This document shows positions 1-6,833 of a DNA stretch of 30,747 nucleotides, in pieces; within the stretch, counting starts at the first letter, position 1; each line of letters starts with the position of its first letter. Position numbers and translations under genes: made by a program. The notes beneath the pieces were generated by a model. The model made no database searches and was not told the DNA's origin. It worked only from the letters and a program-made list of their open reading frames with translations. Source of the stretch: a virus (lineage: Duplodnaviria; Caudoviricetes); IMG/VR virus record IMGVR_UViG_3300049899_000143, positions 1-30,747 of that record; one strand, 5' to 3'.

Positions 1-13
1 ATTTTGAATAAGT

Positions 14-1573
14 TCATAGCTTCTTTGGTTTCCCTACCATTATCTTAATATGTTTTCCCATTCCCGTGAGGACTCGTTCATACCATCCGTTCACCCCCGG
101 ATATTTTCCGTTGGGATGCTCTCCTATCCATTTGACTTTCTTTCCTGGCAGGAGCTTTTTGACTTGCTCTTCGTCTGTCACCACAGGGACATCGTATTTC
201 GTCAAGAGAATATGAGCAATTGCATCGGAGACTTCTCCATAGTTTCCTTTTTGATTGAGCATCTTGGCTGTCTTGTTCAACATGATTTTCTTGGCAGCCG
301 ACGATCCGTCCGTTGCGCTCCCGGCAAACTTTGTGCCGCCCGGGCCCTTCTTTGCAAATCGCACGGCATCCACTTCTGGATCTTTGTCAATGTCATTAAT
401 AATCCAGTCTGTGAAATCAGAAGGCAAATCCCCCGGCTTGGAGAAATCTACATACCCTCCGATGGATGCATAGGTCTTTGTAATAATATCATAGATGTCC
501 CTTGTCACATCATTATCTTTTCCGAGGACACTCGTAGGAGCATTGACCCACTTGCGCTTCTTGCCCTTGGTGAGTCTTGCGACCGAATCATCTTCAATCA
601 ATTTCTGGGACACCGACCTCATGTGTGTGGATATGGTATCAGAAGTGTCATGCATCTTCATTCCATATTTCTGTACTAATTTAATGAATGCATCATATTC
701 CGTATTCTCAAATCCAGCGTCGAAAATATTTGCTCCAAAATAATCTGCGATAGAGTGTTTGGCAAGATGAACTTTTGTGATTTTAAACTTATTGACAACC
801 AGTTCATCCCATCCGTCAGTCGTGTTTCGTTTCAAAAGATATGCCGAGATTGCCTTTCCGAGTTCCTTTGCATTCTTCTTCATGACGGACTCCATGCCGT
901 CAAAATAATCCTTGATGATTAGATGCTGGAATTGTTTTATCTTCTTCTTGGCTGCTGGATTGGTTGGATTTAAATAATCTGGATTCAGATAATACCATGC
1001 ATCCGCATATTTTCTCCCGGCAAGTTTCTTTTTGATAATCATGCGGTCTGGCTCAGGAATTGCCGGATGACTTACATACTTGGTAGCCAATGCGCCCAAA
1101 AGAGTATCAATGTCTTTGTGCATGGTTTTCATTAATTTATACTTATTGGCATTGTCATGATTATTTAAAATAATCCCAGTCAAATCTGCAAAAGAAATCC
1201 AACGCCGACCAGTCTTGTCGGGAATGCTCATGATGTCCGTGCGCTGTGCTACCAGTACGTCGGCTTCCATCTCGACGGCAATCCCGCCAGTCTGATTGAT
1301 TCCATTAAGAATATAATATGGATCTGCATAGGTCATTGCCGAGATTGATTTCTTCTTTCCTTCAATCTTGATGAGCTTTCGGAAAGTTTCCGGGTTGGCA
1401 ATGTGGAACACAGTAGTCCTCGGCACCTGTCCAAACGTTCGTCTATAGATGGGGGTAGAGAATGGAATCTTTATGGCCTCTATGTTGTCCGCAAAGATAA
1501 TCGTGGATGCCGATTTCTGCCATGCAATGTCCCGCTCGAATAGATGCTGATTGAATCTCTTTGGGTTTCTCAT
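14..1573 (-). CDS. Putative internal head (injected) protein with two domains: possible ADP-ribosyltransferase-like N-terminal domain and an uncharacterised C-terminal domain
   Basis: Start re-called at ATG 1573 (AGGTGA RBS upstream). Leader MRNPKRFNQHLFE ends in an L-x-E gp21-type site, and an internal LIE^DD may separate the domains. VFH...SISA...WDELVV resembles the H-S-E ART core. Confidence 0.5.
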   Translation of the reverse strand: MRNPKRFNQHLFERDIAWQKSASTIIFADNIEAIKIPFSTPIYRRTFGQVPRTTVFHIANPETFRKLIKIEGKKKSISAMTYADPYYILNGINQTGGIAVEMEADVLVAQRTDIMSIPDKTGRRWISFADLTGIILNNHDNANKYKLMKTMHKDIDTLLGALATKYVSHPAIPEPDRMIIKKKLAGRKYADAWYYLNPDYLNPTNPAAKKKIKQFQHLIIKDYFDGMESVMKKNAKELGKAISAYLLKRNTTDGWDELVVNKFKITKVHLAKHSIADYFGANIFDAGFENTEYDAFIKLVQKYGMKMHDTSDTISTHMRSVSQKLIEDDSVARLTKGKKRKWVNAPTSVLGKDNDVTRDIYDIITKTYASIGGYVDFSKPGDLPSDFTDWIINDIDKDPEVDAVRFAKKGPGGTKFAGSATDGSSAAKKIMLNKTAKMLNQKGNYGEVSDAIAHILLTKYDVPVVTDEEQVKKLLPGKKVKWIGEHPNGKYPGVNGWYERVLTGMGKHIKIMVGKPKKL

Positions 1574-1580
1574 TTCACTA

Positions 1581-2192
1581 TCACCTGAATGCTGCCAGGG
1601 CAGATTTCTGCTTGGCAACCTTTCCTGTGGTTAAGAAAGTCTTCCATGCAAAGCGGTCGGTCACTCTTACGCTGGTCGAACCAACAGCCCCGTGTAGGCT
1701 AACTTCCCGGTTTTTGTCAAACTCTAATGTGGACGAAACATTAAGAACCTTTTCAAGAACCTTTGCGGCACTATGCAAATCCTTTGTGCTTGCACGATTG
1801 TTTCCTCCCGTGATGCCTCGGAGGCCTTCATTATAAAATTCCATCCAACCCTTTCCCTCAAGGCACATTCTCAAGTCATCTTGGTTGTCATGAACACCAC
1901 TCTTTAGATATTCAAAGTTCTTTTGTGTTTCCTTGTCGGGAACGCCATTCTTTCCTTCGTCTGGGTCAATCCATCCTGCTCCGGCCAGAATATTTAGAAT
2001 CTTCTTTTCGGTCAGTCCGAACTTCTTTGGGTTGTTGCACACAAACTGTATGTGCCACGGTTTCCCGGCGGCCTTATTAAAATTCCACAAGACAATCTTA
2101 TTTGTCTTATAGTTTATCCAGCCCTTTTGATTAGTTCCACTTCCCCGGGCTTCGTCAAGAAGCTGTTCTCTGAGTTGTTTGAATGTTTTCAT
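1581..2192 (-). CDS. Putative internal head protein with capsid-targeting leader
   Basis: Start re-called at 2192. MKTFKQLREQLLDE^AR resembles the T4 internal-protein leader MKT(F/Y)xEF..E. The protein is basic and lies in a late operon. Confidence 0.6.
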   Translation of the reverse strand: MKTFKQLREQLLDEARGSGTNQKGWINYKTNKIVLWNFNKAAGKPWHIQFVCNNPKKFGLTEKKILNILAGAGWIDPDEGKNGVPDKETQKNFEYLKSGVHDNQDDLRMCLEGKGWMEFYNEGLRGITGGNNRASTKDLHSAAKVLEKVLNVSSTLEFDKNREVSLHGAVGSTSVRVTDRFAWKTFLTTGKVAKQKSALAAFR

Positions 2193-2196
2193 TTTC

Positions 2197-2487
2197 TTAT
2201 GACCTTGCCTTTGAAATGTCAACAGGTAATGAAATATCTTCGGGACTCAAGATTCTGTTTGCAAGAATGTATCCAAATAGATAAAAGGGGTTGCCAGTCG
2301 TAGTCTCCTGTGAAAGAAATTCTATTCTAAATGGTTCTTCTCCGGTAAAATTACCTGTACTCCAGTCACTTCCAGATGCCCCGTCATCCTTTTTATGTAT
2401 GGGTGACGAGCCAGCCGGGCCCAGAGGTATATTGTTTCGGATTGAAAGAAGTCTTTTCGGCTCTGGCTTTTCGGCCAGGATAGGCAT
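2197..2487 (-). CDS. Hypothetical protein; start uncertain, possibly the frameshifted C-terminus of 2393..2674
   Basis: Fills a ~200 nt gap and stops 5 nt before the next ATG. Its only ATG overlaps the upstream gene by 95 nt. Confidence 0.3.
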   Translation of the reverse strand: MPILAEKPEPKRLLSIRNNIPLGPAGSSPIHKKDDGASGSDWSTGNFTGEEPFRIEFLSQETTTGNPFYLFGYILANRILSPEDISLPVDISKARS

Positions 2488-2674
2488 CCTTGCTCACCTT
2501 GATGGCACCAATGGATGTTGCCTGCTTGGAGGTAAATCCAATGACCATCATCTGACCCGTTCCTGCCCCTCCAGGGTCTTTTACATACACCGGGACTTTT
2601 CCCTGCCCAACCTTTGTGCCTTCTTCATATTGATTGCGAATGCCCTCCTCGATATATTTCAGAAAATTTTTCAT
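2393..2674 (-). CDS. Putative small internal head protein (93 aa)
   Basis: Start re-called at 2674 (ATGA overlap with the upstream stop). Leader MKNFLKYIEE^G. Confidence 0.6.
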   Translation of the reverse strand: MKNFLKYIEEGIRNQYEEGTKVGQGKVPVYVKDPGGAGTGQMMVIGFTSKQATSIGAIKVSKDAYPGRKARAEKTSFNPKQYTSGPGWLVTHT

Positions 2675-2898
2675 ACTCCTGACACCTCTCCCTTTGCTGC
2701 AACGTCTACAACCTTCGATTGACTCCGTGCCCACTTCTGGGCCTTTCCCTTGTCCTTGAATCCATTGGAGACTGGCATCCACTTGTTGCGTCCGACATGA
2801 CCCATCACATACCACTTCCCGTCGTGCGGATTCTTCTCTACGATATATTTTGATAAATCCGCTTCTGCAATAATGATATAGGACTGAAAGGATTTCAT
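2671..2898 (-). CDS. Putative small internal head protein (75 aa)
   Basis: ATGA overlaps at both ends. Leader MKSFQSYIIIAE^A is close to T4 IPII/IPIII MKTYQEFIAE. Confidence 0.65.
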   Translation of the reverse strand: MKSFQSYIIIAEADLSKYIVEKNPHDGKWYVMGHVGRNKWMPVSNGFKDKGKAQKWARSQSKVVDVAAKGEVSGV

Positions 2899-4127
2899 GA
2901 TGAAGACTTCTTTCCCTTTCCACCAATTTGCTTGTCAAGGTCTTTGAGAATCTTCATGCGTTCCTTGTAGGAGAACTTCTTTTCTTTCGTTTTCGATTTT
3001 GTCGACGGCTTCTTCTTCTTCTTCTTCTTTTGTGCGGCAGTCCTTGTCCCACTCCGAGTTGGCTCGAATTGTTGGGCATTGTCATACTTCTTTCCCATGC
3101 CACCTTCTTCAATCTCCTCATTTCTTAAAAAACCATTCCCCTTCACAATGATTCCGTTCATTCCCTGTTTTTTGATGTCCTTCACAAACTTCAATGCTGC
3201 CTTCTTGCCGTCCACGACGGATATTTTGACAGGACCGTTTTTCCGTGCGGAATACTTCACGGTGTATGGGTCTTTGCTCTGAGGCATTTTGTAGCCTGGG
3301 CTGGAACGGGCTTCGTCCTGCTGACTGGCCAGATGGTCCCCATATCCTTTTCTGTTCTTTGCCACTCCGGGTGTCATTCCCTTTTGTTTTGATGCCGCCT
3401 TCTTGGCCTTCTTTCCGGCAGTCATGGCTTTTGCTCGGGATGACTCTGTGCCTGATGCGACTGTCGTGTTCTTTCCGTACTTGATGGTCTGGAGTAGCCA
3501 TCGGAAATCCCCTTTCGGAGTTTTCTGGGTGTGTACCATGAGAACGTTTTCGTTGATACCTTGTTGTACATATTGCTCTGAATATACAACGCGGCTATCC
3601 TTGTCCTCTACTGCAATTTTCACTTCGCCTCCATGCTTTGACCCCAAGTCTGTTGCGCCACTCCCGCCTCCTTGGAACTCTGTGATGATGGCCGGAACCT
3701 GGGCGGCAACCCGTGCCACCTGCTGATCTACAACTTTTCCCTTGACCATGGCCACGACGGTATATGGGGGTGTTCCCTTCTTGACTTTTCTTAGAATGCC
3801 TCCCATCGTCTTTGCTTCTTCAATATCGGCGGCCGAAGAAGGTGACGGCGCAATGTCCCCGCTGGTGATATGACCGTGACGGGCCAGGCTTCGCCGTCGC
3901 TCTCGATCTTGAATTTTCGTATTTATTTTCTTCTTTTTATTACGAGGGCTTTCTCCCGGATTGGCTGAAATGCTCTGCTTGAATGCCCTCTTAATTCGAT
4001 CATCAACAAGTTTCTTGTCCTTCGGGGAAAGTCTGTCATATTCTTTTTGGCTTCTGGGCGATTGCACTTCTCCGCGTTGTCTTGCGTTTGTGCCTTCGTC
4101 TACTCTGAGGGTTTTGAATGTCTTCAT
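2895..4127 (-). CDS. Highly basic putative internal head polyprotein
   Basis: Leader MKTFKTLRVDE^G. Repeated (I/L/V)-x-E-type sites (IEE, INE, QDE, IEE) separate Lys/Arg-rich modules. First gene after the TATAAATA promoter, with an AAGGA RBS. Confidence 0.6.
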   Translation of the reverse strand: MKTFKTLRVDEGTNARQRGEVQSPRSQKEYDRLSPKDKKLVDDRIKRAFKQSISANPGESPRNKKKKINTKIQDRERRRSLARHGHITSGDIAPSPSSAADIEEAKTMGGILRKVKKGTPPYTVVAMVKGKVVDQQVARVAAQVPAIITEFQGGGSGATDLGSKHGGEVKIAVEDKDSRVVYSEQYVQQGINENVLMVHTQKTPKGDFRWLLQTIKYGKNTTVASGTESSRAKAMTAGKKAKKAASKQKGMTPGVAKNRKGYGDHLASQQDEARSSPGYKMPQSKDPYTVKYSARKNGPVKISVVDGKKAALKFVKDIKKQGMNGIIVKGNGFLRNEEIEEGGMGKKYDNAQQFEPTRSGTRTAAQKKKKKKKPSTKSKTKEKKFSYKERMKILKDLDKQIGGKGKKSSS

Positions 4128-4195
4128 GGCATTGGGTTTCCTTTATCAGCGAAGCTGATTTCATTTATATACATGAGAATACAGAGATACACCTT

Positions 4196-4203
4196 TATTT
4201 ATA
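4196..4203 (-). promoter_or_regulatory. T4-type late promoter TATAAATA (gp55-dependent) for the internal-protein cassette
   Basis: Exact consensus ~70 nt upstream of ATG 4127. Confidence 0.75.
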
Positions 4204-4279
4204 AAAAGGTTTTAGGCGATAAAAATTCTGGCGAAAAATTTGAGAATCAAATATACTCGATGGTGCTAAACCCCATACC

Positions 4280-4317
4280 AAAAAAAGGGGGCCCGGTTGG
4301 CCTACTAATGGCCCCCC
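4280..4317 (-). terminator. Putative intrinsic terminator
   Basis: Minus strand GGGGGCC-N16-GGCCCCC followed by T7. Confidence 0.55.
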
Positions 4318-4684
4318 TGGCCCACCCCGGGCCCTCATAAACTTTTCGGTGTTGCACCCCTCTAAGAGAAATCAGAACCTTCTTAGAATGCCCTCACATC
4401 GCCCCCACACACAATACCTCACAGGTTGATTCTAAGAGGACTGTGATGCGTCTAAGATTCCTCTGAGATGTCTTAGACATGTCTATGTGATGTCATGGGG
4501 TATATACGCTCTCTGTATATTACACTATGATACCTCAGAGAAATATCAGATATATCCAGGGTGGCTGCATTCAAATATATTTTCAATTATATGCTCAATG
4601 TCATATGCAAATATATACGATATTGGCTGCCACCTGCACGACCTGGTGCCTCGATACCCTCTGAGGTGTTTCTGAGAATATGCA

Positions 4685-4692
4685 TATAAATA
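4685..4692 (+). promoter_or_regulatory. T4-type late promoter consensus TATAAATA on the plus strand, with no credible downstream ORF
   Basis: Exact consensus, but it overlaps the T-tract of a minus-strand terminator and so could be incidental. Confidence 0.4.
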
Positions 4693-4753
4693 AAAAAGAC
4701 CCCCCTCATATCATCACACAATCATAGGATTAAGTGCCGATATAAGGGGGGCC
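4691..4753 (-). terminator. Putative intrinsic terminator / long hairpin
   Basis: Minus strand GGCCCCCCTTATATC...GATATGAGGGGGGTC followed by TTTTTTATTT. Confidence 0.55.
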
Positions 4754-5093
4754 ATTTTGAAATATCGTTTTATATGTGTTTTGAGTATATCACAGAGGTG
4801 TTTCAGAGGTAGCCGGCGGTGCGGCGGACGTTCAGGGCGCCTCGAAGAGAAACTCAGAGAAATCTCAGAGTGCTATGTGATTCACTTAAAGATATTTAAA
4901 AGATTTCTCTGAGGCGTCTCTGCGGTGTCGTGTCATGCGCGCAGAGAACTGGAAGCATCAGGCCCCCTCATATCGCTATCTAGGAAGCTTCTCTGAGGGG
5001 CCTGTACATAACGGGGATATGCGAATGTTTTGCGAATGTCTCACAGAAAAAAATCTGCGGCGTCTCTGCGTTTGTCAGCTTAGCTGACTAGAG

Positions 5094-5123
5094 TATCCCA
5101 CTATATCCCACTTTGTCCCACAT
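5094..5123. repeat. Three tandem 10-bp repeats (TATCCCACTA/TATCCCACTT/TGTCCCACAT)
   Basis: Seen directly; reads GTGGGA every 10 bp on the minus strand. Confidence 0.75.
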
Positions 5124-5160
5124 TAGGTATGCTACGGAACGCCTCAGAGGCACGGGAGGC

Positions 5161-5213
5161 CGAAAAGAAACCCCCTGCTCTCACCATAAAAAAAGGAAAA
5201 CAGGGGGTTCTTC
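5161..5213 (-). terminator. Putative intrinsic terminator after the ParB-like gene
   Basis: Minus strand GAACCCCCTG...CAGGGGGTTT followed by CTTTT, directly after the stop at 5222. Confidence 0.6.
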
Positions 5214-5221
5214 TCTATATG

Positions 5222-6439
5222 TTATTTAATTTTCTTTACCTTGCCCTTGGTACTCTTGATATACCTATCGAACCAATCCACAATGTCCGTAGAGTTACCA
5301 AGAGAATCACAGTTTGCCTCTATTCCATACTTGGCAATACACTCAAGATTCCATACGGTATCTGCAACACAAATTTTTGCAGTTCCCCGCTTTCCTCTCC
5401 AATCCATCTGACGATGATGCGATTCGGGCGTTGCATCCTTGTCTGTCGGCTTGGGCCGTGCATCACGAATCATACGGTTAAGGTTCCATGTGAAATTGAC
5501 CTTCCCCAACTGATCTTCGATATACGAATTGTGCTTAAAATAACGATCCAATGCCGTCCGAATATTCGGATGCATTTCGTTTCCGTATACCTTGAGGATG
5601 ACCATCAATGCAGCTTTCATGGTAGGGTCAAAAAGGGGCTTTCCCTTTGGAGCTTCTGACTCAAGGTTCCCGCAATAGAAATCAATTGCCATCAAGTCAG
5701 GCGCACGGGCAATGAGTTGTTTCTCAAAAAGATCGTTTCGGACCATGCTCTTGGTTCTGCCCTTCAACTCATCTGGACCGACCTTCCATGTTCCAATGCA
5801 GCCATCTTGATTTATGGAAGTATAGTTCAAAATCGTCGTCAGATAACCCGTCTTACAGGCATCCGAAATCGGAACCCAGGTTCGATGCGTCCTTGAATCC
5901 TGCAACTCCAGATTCTTGATTAGTGCCTTGATAATTTCATGAGATTCCTCTACACTATCTCCAGAATTGTAGTGATAATACAGATCACCCAGTTCCTTCA
6001 TTGTGTTGCAGCAATGCTCAAGAACAATCAAGGCATTTGGCATTGATGAATTGAAAGTCCAGTCATACCTCCTATGGTGACCATCAATCACAGCCTTGAA
6101 CCCCGCAGGATATTCTCCATCATCTTTCAGGAGAGTCCCGACAGACACACACAGATGGTCTTGGTATTTACGCGCAAGAACACTTTGAACATTTTTGTTG
6201 TTCAATATTCGAGAAACGTAATCCCTTTCGAGAATCCAATCTGGAAGATCAAGGAATCTTTCTTTCAATTCGGCTCCTGTGACACACCCATGAGCGGTGA
6301 TTCCCGGCCTGACCCTATAGCCGCTGCTCTCGACCGGGATCACTTCTGGATCTCCTAGTGCAGAAATTGAATTAGGAACCAGAATAGAAATTACATTTTG
6401 CTTTTGTGTTGTTTTTGCTTTTTTTGTTGCCACTTTCAT
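5222..6439 (-). CDS. Hypothetical protein with a ParB/Srx-like (DGQHR-type) N-terminal motif
   Basis: AVIDGHHR motif near aa 116-123; 405 aa; GGAG RBS. Confidence 0.55.
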   Translation of the reverse strand: MKVATKKAKTTQKQNVISILVPNSISALGDPEVIPVESSGYRVRPGITAHGCVTGAELKERFLDLPDWILERDYVSRILNNKNVQSVLARKYQDHLCVSVGTLLKDDGEYPAGFKAVIDGHHRRYDWTFNSSMPNALIVLEHCCNTMKELGDLYYHYNSGDSVEESHEIIKALIKNLELQDSRTHRTWVPISDACKTGYLTTILNYTSINQDGCIGTWKVGPDELKGRTKSMVRNDLFEKQLIARAPDLMAIDFYCGNLESEAPKGKPLFDPTMKAALMVILKVYGNEMHPNIRTALDRYFKHNSYIEDQLGKVNFTWNLNRMIRDARPKPTDKDATPESHHRQMDWRGKRGTAKICVADTVWNLECIAKYGIEANCDSLGNSTDIVDWFDRYIKSTKGKVKKIK

Positions 6440-6545
6440 ATTATATTACTCCATTCTATTGTGTGTGTGTGGGCAATGTGCAAAATTGCTTATGCCCACA
6501 TTTTATTATTACTTCTTTTTCTCTCTCACTCTCTCTTCTCTCATA

Positions 6546-6827
6546 TCACCCTGTTGTTGTTGTCTTTTTGTTTCTTTCATAAAGTTCTCTCTGTCGTTCG
6601 CGTAGCACCGCTCTGATGTTCTTGCGATGTTGTTCCTTTCTTTCTCTATGTTGCTCTTTGGTATACTTTTCATTATGTTTTCTGGCTTGTTGGTTCTTGC
6701 AATCTTTGCATCGGAACGTAAACCCATCTTTGTTATTTACATTCCTGTGAAACGTTTTTGCATTCAGCGGCAAAAGCTCTCCCCGATGAATACATTCCGG
6801 GTTGGTGCATTTCTTTGTAGGGTACAT
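6546..6827 (-). CDS. Small Cys4 zinc-finger protein with a basic helical tail (resembles the N-terminal module of phage HNH/endonuclease VII-type endonucleases)
   Basis: KKCTNPEC...F..N..NKDG....CKDC pattern; no nuclease domain follows. Confidence 0.55.
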   Translation of the reverse strand: MYPTKKCTNPECIHRGELLPLNAKTFHRNVNNKDGFTFRCKDCKNQQARKHNEKYTKEQHRERKEQHRKNIRAVLRERQRELYERNKKTTTTG

Positions 6828-6833
6828 TCTCTC

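Larger units (their letters stand above)
4361..5151. repeat. Dispersed array of degenerate palindromic heptamers TCTNAGA / CTCWGAG, often in pairs 10-11 bp apart
   Basis: Copies at 4361, 4381, 4431, 4451, 4461, 4471, 4534, 4659/4670, 4791/4802, 4853/4864, 4907/4918, 4991, 5053/5064 and 5143. Perfect 13-bp inverted repeat at 4853-4865/4901-4913. Confidence 0.7.

Noticed and set aside
2194-2222. TTGACA-N17-TAAGAA sigma70-like promoter
   Set aside because: The -10 box is poor and lies 1 nt from the start codon, inside a late operon.
4487-4675. 62-aa plus-strand ORF in the non-coding region
   Set aside because: GTG start without a clear RBS, odd composition, and it overlaps the repeat array.
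4130-5221. CRISPR array or tRNA cluster in the non-coding region
   Set aside because: The repeats are only 7-13 bp and irregular, with no constant repeat-spacer unit. I saw no cloverleaf or T-loop GTTCGA signature.
6468-6500. TGTGGGCA...TGCCCACA hairpin as a terminator
   Set aside because: The T-tract is on the plus strand, where no gene ends. The stem is real but its function cannot be supported.
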